From Spirochaetota bacterium (GTDB lineage Bacteria > Spirochaetota > UBA4802 > UBA5550): a stretch of 64,000 nt of DNA. The notes under the pieces were generated by a model. That model was not told where the DNA came from. It saw only the letters and a program-made list of their open reading frames with translations, and searched no databases. The position numbers and the translations under genes were made by a program. The DNA lies in the NCBI GenBank assembly GCA_024276015.1, contig JAJRXZ010000004.1:20216-84215 (forward strand). The letters are read 5' to 3'. This document shows, piece by piece, positions 27,543-36,765 of the stretch. Positions within the stretch are counted from its first letter, which is position 1; every line of letters begins with the position of its first letter.

Positions 27543-28472
27543 TTATAGTACACTGTTTATTGTAAAGGAAATAGTTAAGCCCGTTATTAACGCTGTTATT
27601 GCCGTTGCATACGTCAGCTTTATGCTTCTTAAGATGTCATTTTTAATCAAAGTTGTTTCGGAGCGGCCTATTACCGGTTTTTTTACGGTGTTTCCGAAAT
27701 ATACGGCATCACCGCCAAGCCTGCAATTGAGCGCTCCTGCAAAGGCGGCTTCGGGATGCGCCGAATTGGGACTTGAGTGATTCAGCCTGTCTCTGCGAGC
27801 GGTCTTTAGGCTGTTTTTATGATCCATACCGCAGAAAAAGGCGGCCGCAGGGATGAGAAAAAAGGCGCTTATTCTTGCCGGTAAAAAATTCATTATATCG
27901 TCCAGTTTTGCTCCTGCCATACCGAAATTAATATATTTATCGTTTTTATATCCGATCATTGAATCTATTGTGCTGACAGCTTTATATGTCATTGCAAGGG
28001 GCGCGCCTCCGATAAATAAATAGAAGATGGGGGAGACAACGGCGTCCACAACATTTTCGGCAACCGTTTCAATTGTTGCTTTCAGAATTTCTTCCTCGTC
28101 CAGTTTGTCCGTATCCCTGCTGACAAGGGTACTTAAGTGTTTTTTGGCTTCGTCGATTTTATTGTTTTCTAATAAAGTGTAAACTCTTCTTGCTTCAACT
28201 GAAAGCGACTTTACGGCAAGGATTGTATATATTAACAGGATTTCCAGAATTAGAGACAGGGATGAGATCAAATGAGCAGTTATATATGAAGAGGAAGTTA
28301 CAATAAGAACCAGTATAATTCCCGCAGTCTTTTGAGAACCCATTTTTATCAGTTTTTTTTCAAGGAATAAGATCAGCTTTCCCATAAGTTTAACCGGGTG
28401 GGGAAAACCGTAAGGGTCTCCCAATATGATATCAAGAACGAATCCCGCTGTTATTTTAAGAGCTGGCAGCAC
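27543..28472 (-). CDS. cbiB: adenosylcobinamide-phosphate synthase CbiB
   Basis: Polytopic membrane protein. DIILGDPYGFPHPVKLMG is the typical CbiB N-terminus. Confidence 0.88.
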   Translation of the reverse strand: MLPALKITAGFVLDIILGDPYGFPHPVKLMGKLILFLEKKLIKMGSQKTAGIILVLIVTSSSYITAHLISSLSLILEILLIYTILAVKSLSVEARRVYTLLENNKIDEAKKHLSTLVSRDTDKLDEEEILKATIETVAENVVDAVVSPIFYLFIGGAPLAMTYKAVSTIDSMIGYKNDKYINFGMAGAKLDDIMNFLPARISAFFLIPAAAFFCGMDHKNSLKTARRDRLNHSSPNSAHPEAAFAGALNCRLGGDAVYFGNTVKKPVIGRSETTLIKNDILRSIKLTYATAITALITGLTISFTINSVL

Positions 28473-29958
28473 CGGCTTGATCCATTATTTTATATATTTT
28501 GTCAATATCAATTGACTTTCTCAAAGTGTGTGCCAACCTGTTGAATTCCTTCTCCTTCTCTTCGTTAACAGATGTGAACTTCTTTACAGGTTCAAGGCCT
28601 TTTTGGGCCCTTATGTTGTTCAGGAGCCCCCTTGTAAATTTCTGGTTGTCAAAAATGCCGTGTATATATGTGCCCATAATATTCTCGTGTGCAATTCCGC
28701 TGATTCTGTTGTTTATTCTGATAAAGCACCTGTTTTCAATGCTGCCCCTGCTGATCCCCATGTGGATTTCGTATCCCTTGATCTCAGCTCCAATGAGGCC
28801 CTTTAAAATCCCGGAATTCATTTCAACAGAACCTTTTACCTGTTCCGTTAATTTTTTCTTTTCAAGTATGGTGTCCATTTCTATAAAGCCCAGCCCGCTG
28901 ATCTGTCCAACTGAGCTTTCAACGCGGTGAGGATCCCTTATTGACCTGCCCATCATCTGATATCCTCCGCATATACCGATTATCAGTTTGTTCAGATTAT
29001 GGTGTCCAATGATTTTATCTGCAATTCCGTTTTCCTTAATTACCCTAAGGTCTTCAATTGTATTCTTTGTCCCCGGGATTATTATTATGTCGGGATTTTC
29101 AATATCTTCGGCTTTTTCAATAAATTTAAACTTAACATCTTCAAAAAGCCTGAAAACGTCAAAATCGGTAAAATTTGAAATGTGAGGCAGCCTGATGATA
29201 TCAATTTCAATATCGCCCTTTCCCTCCCTTGGATTGAATCTCTCGGTTACGCTGTCTTCGTCTTCAAGATTGATATCGATATATGGAACAACACCGAGTA
29301 CCGGGATCTTGATTATATCTTCGAGCATAGTTAAACCGGGCTTTAATAGCTCAATATCGCCTCTGAACTTGTTTATGATGACTCCCTTAACTCTCTCTCT
29401 TTCGCGGTCATTTAAAAGAAGCATAGTTCCTGCAATTGATGCAAAAACTCCGCCTCTGTCAATATCGGATACCAGAATAACCGGCGAATCTGCAATCTCA
29501 GCCATACCCATATTGACAATATCATTATCTCTCAAATTTATTTCAGCGGGGCTTCCGGCTCCCTCAATAACAATTATATCAAATTTTTCTGCAAGACTTT
29601 TATAGGCCTCAGTTACGATTGTTTTTGCTTTGCTCTTATATTCATGGTACCCGGCAGCGGTCATGTTTTTATAGACAATCCCATTAAGTACAACCTGAGC
29701 ATTTCTATGGCCTGTGGGTTTTAACAGAATGGGGTTCATCAGGGAGGAGGGCCGGAGCCTGCAGGCCTGAGCCTGTACAACCTGAGCCCGTCCCATCTCA
29801 TGTCCCTCGGATGTAACAAAAGAGTTCAGCGACATATTCTGAGATTTGAATGGAGCCACCGCATATCCGTCGCTGCAGAATATTCTGCAGAGTCCTGCAG
29901 TTATAATGCTTTTGCCAACTGAAGAGGCGGTTCCCTGGATCATAATATTCCTGGTCAC
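28456..29958 (-). CDS. cobQ: cobyric acid synthase CobQ/CbiP
   Basis: IMIQGTASSVGKS P-loop, a CobQ-type amidotransferase C-terminal domain (ICGGYQMMG) and 500 aa length. Confidence 0.92.
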   Translation of the reverse strand: MTRNIMIQGTASSVGKSIITAGLCRIFCSDGYAVAPFKSQNMSLNSFVTSEGHEMGRAQVVQAQACRLRPSSLMNPILLKPTGHRNAQVVLNGIVYKNMTAAGYHEYKSKAKTIVTEAYKSLAEKFDIIVIEGAGSPAEINLRDNDIVNMGMAEIADSPVILVSDIDRGGVFASIAGTMLLLNDRERERVKGVIINKFRGDIELLKPGLTMLEDIIKIPVLGVVPYIDINLEDEDSVTERFNPREGKGDIEIDIIRLPHISNFTDFDVFRLFEDVKFKFIEKAEDIENPDIIIIPGTKNTIEDLRVIKENGIADKIIGHHNLNKLIIGICGGYQMMGRSIRDPHRVESSVGQISGLGFIEMDTILEKKKLTEQVKGSVEMNSGILKGLIGAEIKGYEIHMGISRGSIENRCFIRINNRISGIAHENIMGTYIHGIFDNQKFTRGLLNNIRAQKGLEPVKKFTSVNEEKEKEFNRLAHTLRKSIDIDKIYKIMDQAGAASS

Positions 29959-29962
29959 AGAG

Positions 29963-31003
29963 CTACATTCCTATATCGGCAAATGTTCCCATACGGTTCA
30001 TCATTTCAGTTGCAGCTTCAACAATGTTAAAGGCAAGCGCACAGCCAGTGCCTTCTCCCAGCCGCATATTCATTTTCAGCATTGGTTCAATGCCCAGTAT
30101 TTTCATAATTATTTTAGCGCCCGGTTCTTCACTGACATGAGATCCCATCATAAAGAATTTTGCTTTGGGGTTGATCTTTACTGCCGCAACTGCGGCAGCT
30201 CCGGAAATAAACCCGTCAATTACTATGGGTACTCTTCGCGCCGCTGCTGCAAGGAAACATCCCGTAAGGCCCGCAATGTCAAATCCTCCCACTTTGGACA
30301 GAACGTCAATTGCATTGTCAGGGTCCGGCTTATTTATCTTGACTGCGGTTTTTACAATCTCTTTTTTGCGTTCAAGCCCCTCGTCGTCAAGGCCTGCGCC
30401 CCTTCCGGTCAGTTTGTCCGGATTTTCGCCTGTAAAAGCGTGAAGCACAGCACTGCTGGTTGTTGTGTTTCCGATCCCAACTTCGCCGGTTCCAAGAAGG
30501 TTAACTCCGCTATCTATTGCTTTTTCAGTAATTTCAATTCCTGTTTCTATTGCCTGCACAGCCTCGTCCGCTGTCATGGCAGGTCCTTTTGCTATGTTTG
30601 ACGTTCCATATCTGATTTTTTTATTAATTATTCCCGCTATGGCAATGTCCTTATCAAGGCCCATATCAACAACTACCAGTTCTGAACCGGCATGTCTGGC
30701 AAGAACGGCAACTCCCGATATTCCCGTTGCCATTGTTTGGGCTACCAGATAACTTACGTCTTTAGGGAAAGAACTGATATTCTCCTCAACAACTCCGTTA
30801 TCGGCGCACATCGCGATAATTGCTTTTTTATGGACTCTGTTGAATATTTCACCTGTAATTCCTGAAAGCTGTTTTGCAATTGATTCCAGTTTCCCAAGAC
30901 TGCCGGGAGGTTTCAGCAGATTGTTCAGCCTCTCCTGCGCTTTATCCATAACATCCTCATGTAATGAGCCTATTGATTCGATTGTTTTGTTTAGCTTGTC
31001 CAT
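29963..31003 (-). CDS. cobT: nicotinate-nucleotide--dimethylbenzimidazole phosphoribosyltransferase
   Basis: LLKPPGSLGKLE and GEVGIGNTTTSSA motifs. Confidence 0.92.
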   Translation of the reverse strand: MDKLNKTIESIGSLHEDVMDKAQERLNNLLKPPGSLGKLESIAKQLSGITGEIFNRVHKKAIIAMCADNGVVEENISSFPKDVSYLVAQTMATGISGVAVLARHAGSELVVVDMGLDKDIAIAGIINKKIRYGTSNIAKGPAMTADEAVQAIETGIEITEKAIDSGVNLLGTGEVGIGNTTTSSAVLHAFTGENPDKLTGRGAGLDDEGLERKKEIVKTAVKINKPDPDNAIDVLSKVGGFDIAGLTGCFLAAAARRVPIVIDGFISGAAAVAAVKINPKAKFFMMGSHVSEEPGAKIIMKILGIEPMLKMNMRLGEGTGCALAFNIVEAATEMMNRMGTFADIGM

Positions 31004-31017
31004 AATCTCTCCAGTAA

Positions 31018-31602
31018 TTATTTTTCATTTAATGTTTTTAAATATGTATAATCTCTGCTGAAGCAGAGGCGGGCTATTGTTCCGTTATCGATCTGAAAGC
31101 GCCATGATTTCTCAATAGATTCGAGTAAATAGTATCCGAGAATCGTTCTGATGCAGCCTCCGTGAGAGACAACTGCTATTCTGTTATAGCGGCTTTCAAG
31201 AATGGTATCGATCTCGGCAATAACTTTTCTGCTCATATCGTAAAAGCTCTCGCCTTCGGTAATTTTAAAATTTATCCAGTCCTTTCTCCAATCTTTAAAT
31301 TCCGGGCCGTAGCTTTCTCTGATCTCCTCCCAGGTCAGGCCTTCCCAGCGTCCGAAATTCATCTCCCTTAAATTTTTTGTATGATAAATCTCCTGACCGA
31401 AGTTGATGATTTCAGCAGTTTCTCTGCATCTGAGAAGATCGCTGGAAATTACATAGTCTATTTCTTCGCCTTCCAGTTTGTTCTTTAAATTAAGAGCCTG
31501 ATTTCTCCCTTCATTGTTAAGGCCGATGTCCCTTATGCCGAGGAATCTCCCGTGTCTGTTGTAGTCGGTTTCGCCGTGCCTGATCAATAGCAGTTCCTTC
31601 AT
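31018..31602 (-). CDS. cobC: alpha-ribazole phosphatase (histidine phosphatase family)
   Basis: LIRHGETDYN catalytic motif, a later SHGG, and operon context. Confidence 0.8.
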   Translation of the reverse strand: MKELLLIRHGETDYNRHGRFLGIRDIGLNNEGRNQALNLKNKLEGEEIDYVISSDLLRCRETAEIINFGQEIYHTKNLREMNFGRWEGLTWEEIRESYGPEFKDWRKDWINFKITEGESFYDMSRKVIAEIDTILESRYNRIAVVSHGGCIRTILGYYLLESIEKSWRFQIDNGTIARLCFSRDYTYLKTLNEK

Positions 31603-31603
31603 G

Positions 31604-32359
31604 TTATGATCCCCTCATCGGTTTTATTAAATGTGCTGAAAGGAGAAAGACAATTTCTGACATTTCAATAACAGCGCCGAGAATATCTCCTGTTGTTCCG
31701 CCTATTTTTTTCTTTACGTAAGTTGTGAATAAGAGAGTGAAAATGATTGCAGGGATAATTAAAAGAGGCCCCCTAATTCCCAGCATGGCAGTACCTGCTG
31801 CCGCTGTAAGGGCAGTGGATATTATTATTTCTCTGATCCCGGTATTGTTTATATAGGCAGTGCCAAGGCCTTTTTTCTTACCTGCATAGCTGGAAATGCC
31901 GGAACTCCAGGAGATACTCATTCGTGATACCGCAGGCATTAAAATTATTATATATAAATTTGAACTAATATTGAGGGACATTATAAGCATTGTTTTTGCT
32001 AAAATCGTTAAAATGAGCGCCAGCGTTCCGTTTGTGCCTATTCTTGAGTCTTTCATAATTTTTAAAATTTCGTCTGCCGGCCTGTTGCTGGGGATTCCGT
32101 CAAATGTATCTGCAAGGCCGTCCATGTGGAGACCCCCGCTGATCAAAATTTCGGCAATTACCACTGAGAGAGCGGAAAGAGCGCCTGCGCCCGTTTTATT
32201 GAACAGAAGAAAAATTACGCATAACATAACTCCGATGATAAAACCGATTACCGGCGCAAAAATAATCCCCTTTGCAAAATGGGTGTCGTCAAATTCTATT
32301 TTGACCGGTACCGGGATCCTTGTGAAGAACTGCAGCTGTAACAGAAAGCTTCTTATCAT
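31604..32359 (-). CDS. cobS: adenosylcobinamide-GDP ribazoletransferase (cobalamin synthase)
   Basis: Polytopic membrane protein. LQFFTRIPV N-terminus and HMDGLADTFDG motif. Confidence 0.9.
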   Translation of the reverse strand: MIRSFLLQLQFFTRIPVPVKIEFDDTHFAKGIIFAPVIGFIIGVMLCVIFLLFNKTGAGALSALSVVIAEILISGGLHMDGLADTFDGIPSNRPADEILKIMKDSRIGTNGTLALILTILAKTMLIMSLNISSNLYIIILMPAVSRMSISWSSGISSYAGKKKGLGTAYINNTGIREIIISTALTAAAGTAMLGIRGPLLIIPAIIFTLLFTTYVKKKIGGTTGDILGAVIEMSEIVFLLSAHLIKPMRGS

Positions 32360-32377
32360 GTAATTCGCTCCTTTGGT

Positions 32378-32938
32378 TTACCCTTTGATCTTTACCGGAA
32401 TACCGGAAATCATCAGATAAACTTCGTCGGCGCTTTGCGCAACCGTCTGGTTGGACCTGCCTGCAACATCTCTGAAGTATCTGCCCAGCGGTGCTGCAGG
32501 AACAATGCTCATGCCCACTTCATTGGAAACAATTATAGTTTTCCCTTTAAACTTTTTTGCAGATATAATGATATTCTGTATTTCCGATTCTATTATTTTT
32601 TCGGTTTTTTTTGCGGATTCGGAATTTATGTTTTCCTCTTCCATGCCATTCTCAATGATCATGAGGTTTGAGATCATAATGGTTAAGCAGTCTAATAAAA
32701 TATAACCTGTATTTTCATCAGCCTTCGAGATAATAGAAGCGATGTTTTTGTAGGACTCAAATGTCTGCCAGTTACTGTTTCTTCTTGATCTGTGTATTTT
32801 TATTCTCTCTTTCATCTCTTCGTCAAAGGGTATGGCAGTTGCAATATATACGACATTATCATGCGCATTTAACATACTTTCGGCAAAGGTGCTTTTCCCG
32901 CTTCTTGCTCCGCCTGTAATGAATACTATTTTGCCCAT
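32378..32938 (-). CDS. cobU: adenosylcobinamide kinase / adenosylcobinamide-phosphate guanylyltransferase
   Basis: P-loop FITGGARSGKS and YIATA...H motifs. First gene after the B12 riboswitch. Confidence 0.9.
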   Translation of the reverse strand: MGKIVFITGGARSGKSTFAESMLNAHDNVVYIATAIPFDEEMKERIKIHRSRRNSNWQTFESYKNIASIISKADENTGYILLDCLTIMISNLMIIENGMEEENINSESAKKTEKIIESEIQNIIISAKKFKGKTIIVSNEVGMSIVPAAPLGRYFRDVAGRSNQTVAQSADEVYLMISGIPVKIKG

Positions 32939-32976
32939 TCTGTATTGTTATTGTTCAATTTATAATTTTCCGAATA

Positions 32977-33014
32977 ATAAAAAAATCCCCGAACCTTCAA
33001 CCGGTTCGGGGATT
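32977..33014 (-). terminator. intrinsic terminator forming the riboswitch expression platform
   Basis: On the minus strand, AATCCCCGAACC / GGTTCGGGGATT form a 12-bp stem followed directly by TTTTTTTATT. It lies between the aptamer and the cobU start. Confidence 0.8.
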
Positions 33015-33072
33015 CCCTTTTTTATCTCCGAAACAAATCCCTTCCCCTTTACACGACGGGGCAGGGCTCAAT

Positions 33073-33240
33073 GTACAGGCAGGTCTTCTGGCTTACGGAT
33101 CACTCTACTTGCTGCGCCTTCCCATAAGACTTGATAATGACTTACAGTGGCATTCTGCAGCGTTCGTTCCCGATTACAGCGGCGGGCCCGCACCCGAATT
33201 TCACGGGTTTCACTTTTAATCCCATAATGGGAACCTGTAC
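33073..33240 (-). promoter_or_regulatory. cobalamin (B12) riboswitch aptamer
   Basis: The minus strand reads GTACAGGTTCCC...GGGATTAAAAGTGAAACCCGTGAAATTCGGGTGCGGGCCCGCCGCTGTAA...GTAAGCCAGAAGACCTGCCTGTAC. P1 is GTACAGG/CCTGTAC and the B12 box is AGCCAGAAGACCTGCC. Confidence 0.92.
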
Positions 33241-33445
33241 ACTATATTACACAGTTATCTGAACATGTGATTTATATCTCTCAATTGTCAATAAAAAATA
33301 TATTTATTTTATGATGTTCCGGTTTCAATGAGAGGGTAGTAGAAGGAATTTGTTCTTTAAAATAATAAAAGAAACTACGTATTAATGCTTATTTACTTGA
33401 TAATAAGAATTATGTAAATTATAATTGCTGTAATATTCAGGTCAT

Positions 33446-33549
33446 TATACCGATCATAATTGAAGATATTATATTAAATGAATCGGTATATGATCTGATC
33501 AGGATTTTACCCTTTGCAAAGGGACAAAATCGATATTTTTTGATATATA
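33446..33549 (+). repeat. conserved upstream element, copy C (modules 1+2+3)
   Basis: TATACCGAT-N27-ATCGGTATATGAT, then CAGGATTTTACCCTTTGCAAAGGGACAAAATCGATATTTTTTGATATAT. It ends 63 nt before the ATG at 33613. Confidence 0.88.
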
Positions 33550-33612
33550 TATGATAAAAGGGATTGATAAATCTAATTGGGTGAAAAATCGGATTTTTGT
33601 CAGGAGTCATTT

Positions 33613-36600
33613 ATGTTAGAGCACCTATCTCCTTATTCCAGACCGCCCCTCTTCATAATGATGTTTCTGTTCTTTGCTTTTCCCAAATGCAGTGATCTGA
33701 GGGATTACCCCGATACGCAAATATCCGAATGTTCCGCTTCCCAGTGCCATCCATCAACGCTGTTAAAGCAGTACCCTCCGGCAAGCGGTAAACATACCCG
33801 GCACTTAAACAGAGGCTTAATATGTGAGAATTGCCATAATGATTATCTCAACAGACCTCAACACAAGAATGGGAAACTGGATCTTTCCGGAGATACAGTT
33901 ATTGTATATTTTGATAAACTGAACGGTTCCACAATATGGGACAATTCATCGGACGCCTGTTCTAATATTGACTGTCACGGCGGAGCTCCTTCTTCCATAA
34001 GCTGGTATGGCGATACAGCCGGTTGTACCGAATGTCATACTGGGGGGAGTACAATTGATCCTGTATCAACCAATGGCGAAAAGGAGAGCGGCAAGCATAT
34101 ATCTCATGTGCAAGATCAGAATATATCATGCAATTCGTGCCATAACGATTATATGTCGAATGCCATGCATATTAATGGAATATACGGCAGGGCCGAAAAG
34201 AACCCTGTTGTTATTTTTGATGCATCCAATCCTTGGGCTCAATGGGATAATGAAAATACTTCATGCAGTCTTATGGATTGCCACGGCACGCTTGACTGGT
34301 ATTCCACAGGATCATATTCGTGCCTGTCATGTCACGCGCCCGGAACGACCTATGATCCCTTAACTATCAATGGTTCCGGGAATTCGGGAAAGCACATAAA
34401 ACATGCAGGCAGCCTCAATTATGATTGTGAAAAATGTCATAAGAATTACGGAGATGCCCCTGAACACAGGAACGGCCTTCTGGATACGGGTGATCCCTCT
34501 GTTATGATGACCTTTTTCGATTCAACAAATCCTGCAGGGCAGTGGATTGGCGATACAGGAGAGGGTAAGGGCATGTGTTCTTCTCTTGCATGCCATGGGA
34601 CATCAGTTCCGGAATGGTACGGGACCGCTTCATGGTCTCTGCCCTCATGTGATACGTGCCACGCTTCTGTAATAAACTCAAGGAGGCAGATTCTTGGAAC
34701 AGGCGGAGATTTTGGGGCTAATCCCGGAATAAAGTCTCATCATATTACCGGCAGTGCAGATCCTTCTGATGAGCAGTGCAAAGTATGCCATGATCTTTCT
34801 TCCCATATGGGCGGAACCGTTATCCTTAATAATGCCGATGACGGTACAGGTATTGTATATGATCCTTCAATTCCTTCAACGCTTGAGGATTTTTGTTTAA
34901 GCTGTCACGATCCAAACGGCGCATCTGTGACTTTTGCATCTGTCGGATCACCGCTGGATCCTTTCGGCGAAAAATCAGGATCGGATCTGCTGGGCATCCC
35001 CCCTTATTCCTATGCAGCAAGGATCAGCGCAAGCTGGCAAAAAAAATACGGCCACGGATCAACTAATACCGATCCTGCGGATTTTCAGAATGTAAATGTA
35101 AAAATGAGAACAACCGGGAGCAGGCTTACATGTATGGGCAGCGGCGCGCCAGGTACCGGATGCCATGGAAGTAACGGAAATATCAATGCTCACGGATCGG
35201 TAAATGAGGTTATTTCAGCGGCACAGTTTGATTATTCGGCAATGTCTCAGATCTATGACGAGTCATGGTTTTCACTCTGTTTTAACTGCCATTCTTCTTA
35301 TCCCGGCGTTACAAAAGAGGATATTCTCGGCGTAAAAGAAGACGGAATTCTCGATATGAGATACGGCAATATGAAAAGCAGGCCCGGAGATGCCAATAAG
35401 GAATTTAATCCTCCTTATTATATTTCACGCGTTGTAACTCACTTTGCAGATCACAATGCAGGGTCGATTTATCTTGGAGGAATGCCTCAGGGCATAATTA
35501 ATGCAGGCGGTTATATATGGGTGGGATTGACCTATGACGATAAAGTATTAAAATTAGATAAATCCACAGGAGAGATATTAGCGGTAATAGCGGCTGATTC
35601 AAGTCCCGGTGTGGTGAACGGCTTTGCCTATGACAGTGACAATAATTATGTATGGGTTACAAATCAGGGCAGCAGCAGCATCGTCACTAAAATAAAAGCG
35701 GATGATAACAGTGTTACAAATGTTGCAATAGCTCAATCCGGGCAGTATAGCATTATATATGCCAATGCCTCAATATGGCTTACTGCAAACGGCAGGCTTC
35801 TGCAGTTAGATCCCGCAACAAACAGTACTTTAAACACTTATGATTTTTCGCCGAAAAGTCTCATGGGTATGGCTTACGACGGACAGTATATCTGGCTGGC
35901 CAGCGGCAATGAGGTCATGAAAATAGATCCTCTCGACGGATTAACTGTTAATACTGTTTCGGTTGGATCGAGTCCTTATTCCGTAAGATACTATGACGGA
36001 TATATATGGGTTGCAAACACAGGAGGCGGATCTATCACAAAAATTGATCCCTCATCCGATTCCGTGCTGGCTGATATTTATGCGGGCGATCATCCCATAG
36101 ATATGACCTATGACGGCCAGTATTTATGGGTAGCTCTCAACAGTTATAACGGCGTGTCCAAAATTGATATTTCTTCCGATACGGTGATTGACACATATCA
36201 GATGAACGGCAGATCTCTTGGTGTTGCTTATGACAACTCAGGACATATTATGACAACCGATATTGACAATTATTCTTTAACAAAACTGAATATATCGACC
36301 GGTCTGATGGATGGCGACGCTTACGGGATCAATGATTCGCCTGTGCATCTGACAGCTACTAAAAACAGTATGAACCTTCACTGGTACCACATGAGGTTTT
36401 ATACGAATTTCAGAGGCAACGAGATCCCTGCTCCTGATACGGGTGCGGGTGAATATTTCAAAAGAGGAGAACTTTGCGATAATTGCCACAGAATATTTGA
36501 ATTCGGCAAAAACTTATCCTGCGTTAACTGCCACGATGTACACGGCTCCGATAATCCGAACGGTGCGGTTTACGACGAGATCGGATATGCGAGAGTGGAC

Positions 36601-36765
36601 GGCTTCTGGGGGTCTTACGGGAAGCTGCCGGATCTGATCCCCGATCTTGATCAGTATCCCGCATATTGCGCATATAACTGCCACAATGCGGATCAGTATC
36701 TCCATCAAGACAAGATGGATTTAAAACCGCCTAACAAGGCATGGTTTGATCCTATTACCGAGTGA
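33613..36765 (+). CDS. multihaem c-type cytochrome family protein (11 CXXCH plus 4 CxxxxCH) with an embedded YVTN/NHL-like beta-propeller
   Basis: I chose the ATG at 33613 because it follows AGGAG. Hydrophobic N-terminus. Motifs: CENCH, CTECH, CNSCH, CLSCH, CEKCH, CDTCH, CKVCH, CLSCH, CFNCH, then about 6 repeats of the ...YIWVAN.GGGSITKIDP... type, then CDNCH and CVNCH. Confidence 0.8.
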   Translation: MLEHLSPYSRPPLFIMMFLFFAFPKCSDLRDYPDTQISECSASQCHPSTLLKQYPPASGKHTRHLNRGLICENCHNDYLNRPQHKNGKLDLSGDTVIVYFDKLNGSTIWDNSSDACSNIDCHGGAPSSISWYGDTAGCTECHTGGSTIDPVSTNGEKESGKHISHVQDQNISCNSCHNDYMSNAMHINGIYGRAEKNPVVIFDASNPWAQWDNENTSCSLMDCHGTLDWYSTGSYSCLSCHAPGTTYDPLTINGSGNSGKHIKHAGSLNYDCEKCHKNYGDAPEHRNGLLDTGDPSVMMTFFDSTNPAGQWIGDTGEGKGMCSSLACHGTSVPEWYGTASWSLPSCDTCHASVINSRRQILGTGGDFGANPGIKSHHITGSADPSDEQCKVCHDLSSHMGGTVILNNADDGTGIVYDPSIPSTLEDFCLSCHDPNGASVTFASVGSPLDPFGEKSGSDLLGIPPYSYAARISASWQKKYGHGSTNTDPADFQNVNVKMRTTGSRLTCMGSGAPGTGCHGSNGNINAHGSVNEVISAAQFDYSAMSQIYDESWFSLCFNCHSSYPGVTKEDILGVKEDGILDMRYGNMKSRPGDANKEFNPPYYISRVVTHFADHNAGSIYLGGMPQGIINAGGYIWVGLTYDDKVLKLDKSTGEILAVIAADSSPGVVNGFAYDSDNNYVWVTNQGSSSIVTKIKADDNSVTNVAIAQSGQYSIIYANASIWLTANGRLLQLDPATNSTLNTYDFSPKSLMGMAYDGQYIWLASGNEVMKIDPLDGLTVNTVSVGSSPYSVRYYDGYIWVANTGGGSITKIDPSSDSVLADIYAGDHPIDMTYDGQYLWVALNSYNGVSKIDISSDTVIDTYQMNGRSLGVAYDNSGHIMTTDIDNYSLTKLNISTGLMDGDAYGINDSPVHLTATKNSMNLHWYHMRFYTNFRGNEIPAPDTGAGEYFKRGELCDNCHRIFEFGKNLSCVNCHDVHGSDNPNGAVYDEIGYARVDGFWGSYGKLPDLIPDLDQYPAYCAYNCHNADQYLHQDKMDLKPPNKAWFDPITE

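Noticed and set aside
29846-30601. A 251-aa + strand ORF.
   Set aside because: It is antisense to cobT/cobQ, which are confidently identified. The product is Cys/Ser/Phe-rich nonsense without motifs.
33577-33612. N-terminal extensions suggested by the ORF track: 33577 (TTG), 38055, 23684, 58410, 60779, 49242, 40241, 37840 and 11472.
   Set aside because: In each case an internal ATG with a better Shine-Dalgarno sequence and a family-typical N-terminus exists. The shorter models are used.
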